DNA of 64,000 nucleotides from Podarcis muralis (GCF_964188315.1 NC_135660.1:496001-560000), one strand, 5' to 3'; counted from the stretch's first letter, positions 1 through 11,700 are shown. Notes: generated from the letters alone by a model not told the origin. Numbers and translations are program-made.

Positions 1-43
1 AGTTTTTTGTCTTGTGAGGCATTCGTCTTGCGAGGTACCACTG
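1..43. mobile_element. Right end of a Tc1/mariner-type MITE (same family as 3629-3966), cut by the window edge
   Basis: TTCGTCTTGCGAGGTACCACTG followed by TA matches the right terminal inverted repeat (TIR) of the 3629-3966 element. Confidence 0.7.
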
Positions 44-590
44 TATTAAGAATGGGATTTCCTACCTCTCTATGAGGCCCCAGTGATAGGAAAAAGGTGC
101 ATTTTCTCCCCTAGTCCCTCTCTTTCCCCCAAGTCCTGTAGGAATGGTGTGGGGAGTGTTTGGGGAGTATCAGGCTATGCTGGTAAGTGTAGTGTGGAGG
201 TCTCTGTTCAGTTGTCTAAAGAGCTGTATGCGTCCCTCAACTTAAAGTCACCTGCTGTGTGACTAAGATGTTGGGAAGGAGGCCAGGAGAGACACTTGGG
301 GTAGCAAATCCTCATCAGTCGGCTACTAAAACATTGGGACTGGGCAGGGAGGAGAAGGCACACATGATGTCCCAGATCCCAGTGTCTTTCTCTTCATCTT
401 CAGAGATCTTTGCTGAGGTTATTTTAGCCTCGAGAACCAAGTTAAACAAAAATGGCATTGCTTTGGCACAACTGGTTGATCTGTGAGTGGCTGATCTCTC
501 CCCTGCCAGGTCACCTGGTGCACTGCTGTTAGTCAAATATGTTGCTCCCTTCCCTTTTGTCTCTTCAGCCACCTGCTTGACAGTTGTGGG

Positions 591-592
<2 letters not shown>

Positions 593-634
<42 letters not shown>
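593..634. repeat. (GT)21 microsatellite
   Basis: Perfect dinucleotide run seen directly. Confidence 0.97.
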
Positions 635-637
<3 letters not shown>

Positions 638-1254
638 GTTCTGCCTCTCCCTGTTCCTTCCTACTTAGTCTTCTCTAGGGTAGATGTACCTCCTTGGCCA
701 GCCTGTTCAAAAATGGTGCTAGATTTGGGGCTGGTCCAGTTCTTGCTGGAATTCTGTGTGGCAGATACAGAATCCTGACCATGAGGTGTGGATGCCTCAG
801 TCTCTTGTGCTTGGTTGCTCACGTTGGATTTATATGTGACCTGGAAGGTGGTTGAAGCATGTGGGTGGTATAAAAGGCCCGCATGATGGACATTGTGGGT
901 GGGACCCTTGCAGAGCTGCCCACAAAGCTAGTTGAGGGGTGTTTATGCAGGTCAAGCAATTGCTGTGCCTCATTTCAGAAACAATCACTGGTGGCTAAGA
1001 GGACTCTTGGCTTCTGCAGCTAGTGGAGATGATCCATGTGTTTGGGTGTTGTGCACGTGCTTTGATGGACTCAGGTTAACCATTTGGAGGTTCACCCTGT
1101 TCAGATGAAAAAGAAAGATGCTGCATGCAGGAATCTGACCGTCTGGGCTCTGCTCCTGTGAGGATGAACGCTTGCCCCATAGACGCACAATCTTCTGTCA
1201 TGTAAACTGCAGCTGGTGAGAAATGCCCTGTTTCTTTTTTTCTCTTTCCTACAG

Positions 1255-1322
1255 CACCTGATCCTAGCGAGCCACTTGAGAAAATTGCACACAGCCTAGA
1301 AGAAGTCTGCTCAGGACTGTAG
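1255..1322 (+). CDS. PPP1R2: Candidate terminal coding exon, probably PPP1R2 (protein phosphatase inhibitor-2)
   Basis: Strong acceptor (TTTCTTTTTTTCTCTTTCCTACAG). Phase-1 reading gives xPDPSEPLEKIAHSLEEVCSGL-stop. It weakly resembles the phase-1 last exon of human PPP1R2 (GSTPSDQQQNKLRSS, recalled). PPP1R2 lies upstream of ACAP2 on the same strand in human. Upstream exons would be outside the window. Confidence 0.4.
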
Positions 1323-3628
1323 CTGATCCTGAAGCCACGCCTTTGTATTCACTGCATTGCACACCTGCAGTTGTGACTCAAGTCACTGAGGAGCAGGTCG
1401 GCTCCCACTTAGTGTTGCCAAGTGTGGTGGGAGCCGGCGAGACTTTTCTCTTAGGCAGACGGAAAACTCGGCTGAGCTGGCTTATTCTTGTGCCTGGCAG
1501 CCACAGAGAAGACGGCTTCATGCATAAACAGCAGGATCACATGACGTACAATGCAGGTGACTTTGGCACATCCGTGTTGCTCCTCTTTATGGTTTTGAAA
1601 CAACCAGTCACTTTGCTTTCTCCTATTCTATTTGGCAGGACCTTCTAGGACTTAAAGTGGCCACATGCCTGGTGGAAGGGCTTTGGCATTGATGTGCCAA
1701 ACTTTACGACTAGAATAGATGAACCCTTACACTGAAGCGCTTGACAATTGACAAGGTATTTTGAAGAAAAAAAAGGGATTGATTGATTAATAGGCTTCTT
1801 TTTGTAGAATATTTCTTCTTGGTTGTTAATCTTGCTAGTCTATATCTTGTTGCTGGAGGGGGAGAAACAGGCAGAGAGGGAGGTGGCATTAATGCAGCAA
1901 GGAGGCTCTGCATTCCCTCCATGCTTCCCAGAGCTTCCCTGCTGTTCCGTGGGGGCTGTTCTGAGCCTGGAAATGGGGCTCCTGCCCTGCCGGGCCGTGC
2001 AACGTTCTCTGCTTCTGCTTGTGGGCTTGGCTGTGGAGTGTTGTCTTGTGGGCTCTTTCACCCTGAATCTCCATTGAGCTGCGTGCCACCTTGTCAGCTG
2101 AGGCAGCCCAGGGGCTTGCCACACTTTCCCAAAGTTGGAGGGAAGTCAGCTTTGCAAATCTGCGCTAGAAGCATCACTCCCTCTTCCTGTCCAGAGCGAT
2201 AGGGTGGCCTGGTGAACTGTGCTGCCACACAGCCCTAGTGAGGAGCCAGAGCAGCCGCCTGTACGTGGTTGTGGATGGAAGACCAGCCTTCGTCCTGGAG
2301 GCCCCTAGCGGCGGGGTCCTGGCTGATGGCAGGGGAGAAAGAGTCGGGGGTCTGGCTTGTTCCCTCTCTCCAGACTTGAGTAGAGAGAAAATCCTGCCTT
2401 GGCTTTTCAGTTCCTAATTTTGATCTAAATTTGATGTGTTGACCCAACTCCATATGACTCTATGGATCTGTTTTAAGGTGGCTTGTTCACTGTGTGACAT
2501 CTGAACAACACATTGAAAGTTATAGTATTGCATTCCAGGGCTGTCTTAAAACGTTAGGCTCTTTGTACCCTTACAAGAAAGACGTGTGTGTAGTCACTTA
2601 ACATAGATAAAATGGGGAGGGGGGTTGTTGAAACAAGCTTCACCTTTCCACAAAAGTCCAGGCTGTGTGGAATTGCATGTCAGCGTTGCCACATCAGAGT
2701 CACTGCCTGGCTTCCCGTTTGCAGTTTAATTGTGATGTTTTAAGTAAAAGTGTCGTTTCCTTTGACTGCATTTTCCCATGAGAAGAACTTGTAGTGAATG
2801 TTCTGTTCTTTAAAGCAGCTCTCCAGCTGCTGGTTGCACTCCACCTCCCAGCCCCACCCCTGCCGGCCCTATTCTGACAACATCATGGTGAAGTGACATT
2901 GACCTGTATCCCACTTGGTCCCAGTGAGCTGCATCTCCAGGGCACCCACCCCCAGGCCCCTAGTTGGCTGGCTGAGGTTGTGAGCCCTCTGGGCAGGGAT
3001 GTTGTCTGTTCTGTACGGCACTGACCCTAAATAAACAAGTCTAATACCACTGGCTTGCTTCCTCAAGCCATCCTGATTGTTTGCGAAGCCCCCCCTTGGC
3101 CCTGGGGGAGTTTAGCCTGTTCTGCTGGCCCACCATCTGTGGAAACCTCCTTTGGACTTCAGGCTCCTCTGCAAAGAGGGTGGGGAGAAATGCCTGCATT
3201 TGGGATCAGCACCTGCCCTGATCCCAAGTGGCCTGCCCTGCACAGCCTCTCTGAGCCTTTGGGGCCCTTCGTCTGGCATGTATTGATGGCCCTTTTCCTG
3301 CCAAGCGGCAGCATTTTAAAATACCAAATCAAGGCCTATAAGCGCCATGAAGAGCAGAGGGGTCTCTGGGAGCTGGTGGCCTCTGACTTCCCCTGGGAAT
3401 GTGCCAGAGGGATCCTTCCAAGTGAGCTCTGCATGAGTGCCGGTTCTTCACCAGGACATGGCAAGTGGAGGTGTCTGGTGAAGACCCTCCTCTACTCGGG
3501 TGGGGGAGCGAGAGAAGCTGCTTTTCAGGCCCCACCCCCAGTCTCCTTTCTTTCCTTAGCATGCAGTCTTATAATCTGCCCAGACTATGATCCAAGTATA
3601 ATTGATTAAGGTTAAGGCATTGATTCTA

Positions 3629-3966
3629 CAGTGGTGCCTCGCAAGACGAAATTAATCCATTCCGAGTCTCTTCGTCTTGCGGTTTTTTGTCTTGCGAAGC
3701 ACGGCTATTAGCGGCTTAGCGGCTATTAGCAGCTTAGCGGCTATTAACGGCTTAGCGGCTATTAGCGGCTTAGCGGCTATTAGCGGCTTAGCGGCTATTA
3801 ACGGCTTAGCGGCTTTAAGAAAAAGGAAACAAACTCGCAAGACGTTTCGTCTTGCAAAGCAAGCCCATAGGGAAATTCGTCTTGCGGAACGACTCAAAAA
3901 ACGGAAAACCCTTTCGTCTAGCGAGTTTTTCATCTTGCAAGGCATTCGTCTTGCGGGGCACCACTG
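3629..3966. mobile_element. Tc1/mariner (Tigger/pogo-like) MITE with an internal minisatellite
   Basis: TIRs CAGTGGTGCCTCGCAAGACGAA / TTCGTCTTGCGGGGCACCACTG, TA dinucleotide on both flanks, no transposase. Confidence 0.85.
3703..3810. repeat. 18-bp tandem repeat x6 (GGCTATTAGCGGCTTAGC)
   Basis: Six near-identical head-to-tail units with no spacers. Confidence 0.95.
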
Positions 3967-4286
3967 TATATGAATTTCTGAAGATTTTGTATCTTTCCCC
4001 CCCTTCAGCCAAGTTCAAAACATACAGTGTAACACTTCTAGGCAATTGAAAGCAGAATGATTACATTTTATGAACCTCCGTCCGTTGTCTGCCCAGCGGG
4101 AGGGTGCTCAGTCTACTATGCAAAAGGCTGAGCTGCCTTCCCTGCCTAAGCATTGCAGTGATTCCCTGCCGATTGCACACTCCACTGTTTTGCAAACAAT
4201 TTTGATTGGTCAGTCGTTACCCATTCTTTGAAAATGCAGAGTTCATTCATCAAAGAATGGTATTTCATTGAAGCATGCATTTAATA

Positions 4287-4481
4287 CAGTCGTACCTTGG
4301 ATCCCGAACACCGCAAACCTGGAAGTGAGTGTTCTAGTTTGCAAACGTTCTTTGGAACCTGAACGGGGCTTCCATGGCTTCTGATTGGCTGCAGGAACTT
4401 CCTGCAGCCAATCAGAAGCCGTGCTTTGGTTTCCAAACGGACTTCCAGAACGGATTCCATTTGACTTCCAAGGTACAACCA
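4287..4481. mobile_element. Tc1/mariner-like MITE with a central perfect palindrome
   Basis: TA-CAGTCGTACCTTGG left end, degenerate CCAAGGTACAACC right end, 22-bp inverted repeat at 4376-4420. Confidence 0.7.
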
Positions 4482-5176
4482 TAGTTGATTTCTCCAAAGA
4501 GGGAGGATTGGGGTTTTGGGGCTAGGTCGCGTTTGTGCTTACGGTGTGGGGGAACGGTCAGGCTCATCCTCCTGACTTTAGCTCAAGGCCGTGGTGGGGA
4601 CTTGGTACTACTTCTGGGGTGTCACAATCCCCCCCTCCAGCTTTAACAATAGGTATTGGAAAAGACCTGATGGGTGCTCTGATCTACCCCGCTCAGCACC
4701 TCTGCAGCTGGCTGGCTTTTCTTTTTGGCTAGTTGTGTGGCATAGCAAAAGCAAGCTCCAACGACAAGCCTGCTTCTCCCTCCCCGGGCCTTGCAGGCTT
4801 TTCTTGGGGAGGGGTGTGCTCACCCCGAGGGGAAAAGCAAGCTGACAAGCACCAGGAGAGCAGCCACACACCTCCCAACTTCCTCAGCCGAGCCAGGTAC
4901 ACATCAATTGTTGACGGCCCTTCCTGTGTTGAACCCACAAAGTCGAAAAGAGAACTCTCAGGGCAGCCTCTGGAGTGGCTGCTTCCTCCTTCCTTTTCTC
5001 TGCTGGAGGAACACCACAAATGAAGGCACAAAGAGTTGCCAGCAGTATGTTCAGCTGTGGGGCATCTTCACCAGGCTCTTCCTGCTTCATTTGCTCACTG
5101 TCACTGCCATCACCAGGATGCAACCGCAGGAGCTCTATGCAATGTCAGAGTGTGTTTTGGGTTGTTTGGTATTTAG

Positions 5177-5182
5177 AATAAA
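5177..5182 (+). terminator. Candidate polyadenylation signal AATAAA
   Basis: AATAAA followed by a GT/T-rich tract (TGTATGCGTTTTTGCATTTGTT). The transcript it serves is unidentified. Confidence 0.4.
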
Positions 5183-5649
5183 GTTCTTAATTTAACTGTA
5201 TGCGTTTTTGCATTTGTTCAGCTGCTGAGGCTGCAGCCAAAGGGGATGTTTCCTGTTATTCTCCTTTGTGGGGCGGGGGGAGAAGTTGGATCCTGGTGGA
5301 CTTTGAACCAAACTCTCCAAAAAGGTGGAAAGAGGTTTCCCAACAGAGTGCCTAGAGCATGGTTAAAAAACCATGTTTTATTTTTTAAGATGAGAGGTCA
5401 TAATATTGCAAGGTAAATAATGGAGGAGCCAACTGTCTTTTCTGAAGTAGAATCATGTATGGTAAGCTCTCAACCTACATGGGGGTTACTTTCCAGGGAT
5501 CATGCCTGAAGCCAGAATTGTATATAGTCAAAACACATTGTCTTTTTTTTTCTGGACTCCTGCCCCTTTTCTTTCTTTCTTTCTAATTGCCAAGTGCGTA
5601 AAGCTGAATGTGCAGAAATAAAATGTGTGTAAGTTGCAGTTTAACTATA

Positions 5650-5887
5650 CAGTGGTACCTTTGTTTAAGAACAGTTTAGTTTATGAACAACTTGGCTGCA
5701 AACCCGGAAGTATGTGTTTTGGTTTGTGAACTTTGCCTTGGAAGCAGAACATGTTCCGCTTCCTATTGAGTGTCTTCCTTTTGTAAATTTCCCCGCTGCT
5801 ATGGGAAAGCACGCTTTGGTTTAAGAATGCTTTGGTTTAAGAACTGACTTCTGGAACGGGTTACGTTCGTAAACCAAGGTACCACTG
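5650..5887. mobile_element. Tc1/mariner-like MITE
   Basis: TIRs CAGTGGTACCTT / AAGGTACCACTG flanked by TA on both sides. Confidence 0.8.
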
Positions 5888-6692
5888 TATATAAATCCTG
5901 GTCTGAAACAAACAAAATGCTTTCCCCAAAGCTTACTGAGTCCACTGGTGGTGAATATTTGGGTCTTTGATGGCAAGGAGGGTTGGGGGGGCTTGCTATA
6001 TAACGTTGCACTACAGCTCCCCAAATCCCTGACCATTAGTCCTGCTGTCGGGGGCAGTTGGGAGTTCAACCATGGCTGGTGATTCGGGGTTGGAAAGGCA
6101 GGGGAGGGATACATGAGAGCATGAGACTGCTGGCCAGTGGCCCATCAAGTCCAGCATCCTGTTCTCACAGCAGCCCTTCATAGGAAACCAGCCAGCAGGA
6201 TCTGAGCGCAAGAGGCGCTCCCCCTTGCTGTGCGCACAATTTGTCTAAGGCTGGCGAGGTGTTGTAATCTGGATTAATGGGTGCAAGGAGGGGGGCTTGT
6301 CTTTAGACCTGATGGGTTTGGTGGTTTCATTTTGCATTTCTTGTGTTGCTCAGCCGCCCAGCAGAAGGGCAGCAGGATGAATTTAATGATGCTGATTCCC
6401 AGTGCTGGATTTATGTATAAGCTAAACAAACTATAGTTTAGGGCCCCACTCTCTTGCCCCCCCCCCCAATATAAGATAAAAAACAAATAAAATAAAACCT
6501 ACATCCAGCAACAGTGTTTTGTGTTGTGTCGGCTCCTAGGATGTAAGTCATGGGCCCCGCCTGCTAGCCTGCTCCCAAAAATATCACTGCTTTGCTCCTT
6601 TCTATATATAGGGTGCCTACATTCTGCATGGGCTGGTTGTCTGGCAACATGTGCAAATGGCTTTAGAGACCTATTACTGTAGGTCCATCAAT

Positions 6693-7784
6693 TTGTTCTT
6701 TAGTCATTTAGTTGTGTCCGACTCTTCGTGACCCCCTGGACCAGAGCATGCCAGGCCCTCCTGTCTTCCACTGCCTCCCTCATGCTGGTAGCTTTGAGAT
6801 CACTGTCCCACCATCTCGTCCTCTGTCGTCCCCTTCTCCTTGTGCCCTCCATCTTTCCCAACATCAGGGTCTTTTCCAGGGAGTCTTCTCTTCTCATGAG
6901 GTGGCCAAAGTGTTGGAGTCTCAGCTTCAGGATCTGTCCTTCCAGTGAGCACTCAGGGCTGATTTCCTTCAGAATGGGGAGGTTTGATCTTCTTGCCGTC
7001 CATGGGACTCTCAAGAGTCTCCTCCAGCACCAGAATTCAAAAGCATCCATTCTTCGGCGATCAGCCTTCTTTAGGGTCCAGCTCTCACTTCCATACATCA
7101 CTACTGGGAAAACCATGGCTTTAACTATACGGACCTTTGTCGGCAAGGTGATGTCTCTGCTTTTTAAGATGCTGTCTAGGTTTGTCATTGCTTTTCTCCC
7201 AAGAAAGGGACGCGGGTGGCGTTGTGGGTAAAACCTCAGTGCCTAGGACTTGCCGATCGTCAGGTCGGCGTTTCGAATCCCTGCGGCGGGGTGTGCTCCC
7301 GCTGCTCGGTCCCAGCGCCTGCCAACCTAGCAGTTTGAAAGCACCCCCGGGTGCAAGTAGATAAATAGGGACCGCTTACCAGCGGGAAGGTAAATGGCGT
7401 TTCCGTGTGCTGCGCTGGCTTGCCAGATGCAGCTTGTCATGCTGACCACGTGACCCGGAAGTGTCTGCGCACAGCGCTGGCTCCCGGCCTCTAGAGTGAG
7501 ATGGGCGCACAACCCTAGAGTCTGGCAAGACTGGCCCGTACGGGCAGGGGTACCTTTACCTTTACCTTCTCCCAAGAAGCAGGCGTCTTTTAATTTCGTG
7601 GCTGCTGTCACCATCTGCAGTGATCATGGAGCCCCAGAAAGTAAAATCTCTCACTGCCTCCATTTCTTCCCCTTCTATTTGCCAGGAGGTGATGGGACCA
7701 GTGGCCATGATCTTGGGTTTTTGGATGTTGAGCTTCAGACCATATTTTGCGCTCTCCTCTTTCACCCTCATTAAAAGGTTCTTT
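6693..7784 (-). mobile_element. BovB-type RTE LINE, 5'-truncated, interrupted by a Sauria SINE
   Basis: Translations ...AVRDFTFWGSMITADGDSSHEIKRRLLLGR and MTNLDSILKSRDITLPTKVRIVKAMVFPVVMYGSESWT...LRLQHFGHLMRR...GVTKSRTQLND match the BovB ORF C-terminus. Degenerate (CAA) tail. Confidence 0.9.
7207..7566 (+). mobile_element. Sauria SINE, full length
   Basis: GGGACGCGGGTGGCG 5' end with tRNA-like A/B boxes (TTCGAATCC), (ACCTTT)n tail, 12-bp TSD TTCTCCCAAGAA at 7194-7205 and 7567-7578. Confidence 0.9.
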
Positions 7785-7849
7785 GATACCTATGAGGTCC
7801 ATCAATGACCATCTAGCATATATTCCACACACAGAAACAGCGGCAATTT

Positions 7850-8720
7850 GTTGCGGACAAAGGACAGCTGGAGCTAGAAAGGGCCGCATCCGGCCTCCCT
7901 CCGGCCCGGGCTCGGCAGCCCGTCCTGAAAGGGGGCGGGGCTCCTGCTTCTGCCTACGTCACTCCCGGAGAGGCGTTCCGCTCGTCTGCTAAGCAACGGG
8001 GCCCGCCCCCCTCGACGCGGCTCTGCCTGCTCCCCATTGGCTACGCAGGACGCGACGGCGGCGCGCGTTATGGACGAGCGCTATTGGCTCTCCGGGCTGC
8101 CCCTTATCGAGAACGGGGCGGGTGAAGGAAGCCGAGGAAAGCGCTTTGGCAGGCGGGGATTGGCGCGAGCGGCCCGCACCCGCCCTCATCATTGGCTCGG
8201 GGAGCTGCCCCTTCGGAGGCGGCCTGCGGAAGAGACGCCTGCCGCCGGCAGCCATTGGCTCGTGCGTAGCGCCGCCTGTGCCGATTGGTCGGCGGGTGGG
8301 GCGCTGGGCTGGGCTCCGCCCTCCCTCTCCGCCCGTCCTGCGCCCCCCCCCGGGCAGAGCCGAGTCTCTGAGGGAGAGAAGGAAGGAGCGGCGGCGGCGG
8401 CGGCCGAGGGGAGGCAGCCATGAGGGTCGCGGTGGACTTCGAGGAGTGCCTCAAGGACTCGCCCCGCTTCAGGTGCGGAGGGCGGCGGAGGGAGGGGAGG
8501 AGCTGCCGGGGCCAGCTAGCCCAGCCCCCCGCGGGCAAAGGAAGGCGAGGCCGCCGCCGGTCCAGGGGCGCCTCCCCGCGGAAGCGCCGGGCTCCCTCCG
8601 CCCGGGGACAGCCTCTCGCCGAGGGGAAGGCGCCTCTCCGGGCTCCTCTGATTCCGCCCTTCCTCTTCCGCAGGCACCCCCAGACTCGGCCCGCCAGCTG
8701 TTTTGCGACTGCAACTCCCA
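7850..8720 (+). promoter_or_regulatory. ACAP2: ACAP2 CpG-island, TATA-less promoter with GC boxes and six reverse CCAAT boxes
   Basis: CpG-dense region around exon 1. ATTGG at 8036, 8083, 8159, 8191, 8254 and 8284. Several GGGCGG/CCGCCC motifs. Confidence 0.8.
8420..8472 (+). CDS. ACAP2: ACAP2 exon 1 ([18 protein letters not shown])
   Basis: ATG in GCAGCCATGA context, GT donor, 53 nt. Confidence 0.95.
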
Positions 8721-11700
8721 GCATCCCTGACCACTGGTCCTGCTAGCTAGGGATGATGGGATTTGTAGTCCCAAAACAGCTGGAGGGCCGAGTTTGGGGG
8801 TGCCTGCTCTTCAGGCTCCTCCTCCAGCAGCGTGGTGGGGGGCAGAGGGGGCATCGTCCTCTGGCTTCCCCTCTGAGGCAGCCCCAGCCTGTGGCAGACC
8901 TTCAGGGAGTGGGGTGGGGATTGCCCCAGGCCAGGGGCTCCTTGGGGGGAGAAGAGGCCTTGAAACAAATGGGGGGTCCCCTTGTCACATTTGGCCAAGC
9001 CCAGCTGGGCTTTGGGGCTTAGGAGGACCTTGCTACCCGACACCGGATCCTTGCGGGGCATCAGTGCTCACTTGGATCCAGGCATGGACAGGCTGAGTAC
9101 CAAGAAAGGCCTGGGTGCTTTTTGTGCTCCTGTGTTAAGACTTTGTCTCCCGAGCCCTGGAGGGCGTTCAACATCAGGGTGCAAATGAGAAGCATCAAAA
9201 TAAGTGGTGGATCCCTTGGTCAATATAAAACTGGCAGGAATCATTGACTTCTCCTAATGCTCAAATGTTCTGATGGACATGTGACTCTTTCATATGTGTT
9301 AGACTGTATTTGCTAAGCTACAGTGGGTGTTTCTGTGGATGGTTTGTTGGTTTGTTTGTGTGTTTTGACTTCCACAAGCAGCATTCATCTTGAGCTCAGC
9401 TGCTCTGGAATGCACGCAAGAAATAGACCGGAACAGACACAAATCTGTGTTACCCATCTCAACCAACCCACAGTAAGCGGTGTGGGGGTCTCGCACACCA
9501 ACCAACTCACTCTACCTGATTTTGGTTTCGTCTATTTTTGAGCATCTGGTAAAAGCACCTGGTGTGTCCTCAGTTTGTGGTTAGCCTCTTCAGAAGCTTT
9601 GAAATATAGGGGAAAGAACAACTGTTAGCCCTATATCCAAATGCTGGAAGGCAACAAGAATGTTGTCCCTTCAATCTCCTACTGCCTGCTTGGCTAGTGG
9701 CCTCAGATGCATCCCGCCATGGTGATTCCATCATTTATGTAGGCATCTTGATGGTTGCTTTTCTCTAGTTGCCTCAGGCATCCCTGCCACTCTTTCCTCA
9801 CCTTCAGTGTTTCCCATCTACACAATGGAATTTGTAATGCTGGCCTCTCCAGGGCTCATGTATGAAAGAAGTTCTTCCATTGCAATGTCATTGAATCCAC
9901 TTTTCAACATGTGGCTTTTCAGTCAGTGACTATCACGACAAGGAAAGCAGGATAGGAAGTAGCCACAGTGGCTGGAGGGAGACCTGTGCAGCAGAAGCCA
10001 CCCCCAGATGTGAGTAAGGGACCGTGGCCCCCAGCGCAGGGATTTATGTCGGCTGCTTGGATATATTGATGCAGGCGATGCCTTAGATAGACTGCATCCC
10101 ACTGTAAGTAGCAGGGTGCCTTCACAGAGCCGATGTGTTGGCTGTTATGGAGACATTACTACCCTTAACTTGCAGGGTGTACCCACCCTTCCTGTACTGC
10201 TGTGTCCTTATGAAATGTTTGGTCCCTCCCTTGCCAGACTGGACCACAGTGGCTCTTCTGGTCATGGAGGTTGTCTTAGATGGGTCACAGCCTGGAGCTT
10301 GAAAGGAAAGCTAGAAGGAAACACCCATGCAAGAGGCTGGCTTATTCTGCAAACCGGCGGGTGGTTTCCTGCCAGACTTCTACCCACTTCAGTATGTAAT
10401 TCTTGGAATCTGGAGCTGATCAAGTTTAGCTGTCCTTTAAAATGGTTCCTTTTGCTGCTCGCGTTTGCCAAATGAATAGAGATTTCTGTCTTGCTGTCAT
10501 TTTACCTGAATACAGAGAAGCAAAGATACAAAGCCGTTCACAGGGCGGGCTTCTCAGGGCTCCTGCTCTGCAGGTGTGATTCTTTGTGTAAAGTTACCAG
10601 AGAAATGTTCAGATGGGTAACTGGCAGGGGAAATGGTCTCCAAGTTTTAAGACTCCTTGAATGTGTAGCTGAAATGGAGGAAGAAAAAAGGGCTGGGAGG
10701 GTTGTTTTTGCCAAGTGCTTTGAGATTTGCAGAATAAGGCAGGCATAGTAGAGATGCTGTGTTGCTATGCCATGATAAACTCTGGTTTATTGTGACAGAA
10801 GCCAGCCCGAGGCACATTCATTCCTGTACCTTCTCCCAATCTGGCTTCAGGTTTCAATAAACCACTTTCGCATGGCATCTGAACCTGACAGACTACAGTT
10901 TTTTGAAACAAGTTTGCTTTGTAACCTGTGCTTGAAGTTGGCTTGTTTGAAGGAAACCATAGTTAAGATAAACTACCATTTGTCAGATCTGGATGATGTA
11001 ACAAGCTGTGTTTAATCAGAAATTGGAAGTTCGAGCTCCTTGTGGTGGCGCTGGAAGAGGAGGAGGGCTCTTGTGTGAGTCCAAGGCTTACTCAGCCTTC
11101 TTCTCATCTTAATAAACCAGTCTCTCCTATCTGGATACAGCCCTCTTGGTCTGTTGATGAGCCTGGAGAAATCTCAGGCACCACAAAACTGGATTCAGGC
11201 AGCTAGGAATTTTGCAGTCTCCTTCCAGGCTTCACGGGCATAACCTCAGTTTCCTTCTGACAAAGACCAGTGAAACTAGACAAGAGTACAGGCCTTGAGT
11301 TGACCCAGTTGTGCAAATGACGGATGTCAAATGCAGAAGTTGTTTCAGGGAGGGGCTCCAAGCATCAAACCCTAACCAGTGTTGCTACAGAGCAACGCGT
11401 CAGCAAACTTTTGTTTGGATTGCAAGGAGGAGGAAAATGCTTCTTCAAAGCACTGGAAAGCAGTATTTAATCTGCCACAGCTGTAAGGCAGAGGGTGGGG
11501 ATGCTTTGTAATGTGTCACTTGCCTTTTGTGCTCTAGTTCAGCGGGGGGGGGGGAGCCTGTGACCCTCCAAATAGTGACCCTTAGGATGGCCGATGGAGG
11601 TGAGGGAAGTTGTTGCTTGACAACATCTGGAGGGACAAAAGTTCCCTGTCCCTGTGCTAGCCCAACAGACTGAAAAGACCATCTTAATTGGCATTTTCAG

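Noticed and set aside
3703-3810. CRISPR-like appearance of the 18-bp array (also the 22-bp array at 56737-56815 and the 27-bp repeat at 38089)
   Set aside because: Vertebrate DNA, no series of unique spacers and no cas genes. The two arrays lie inside MITEs.
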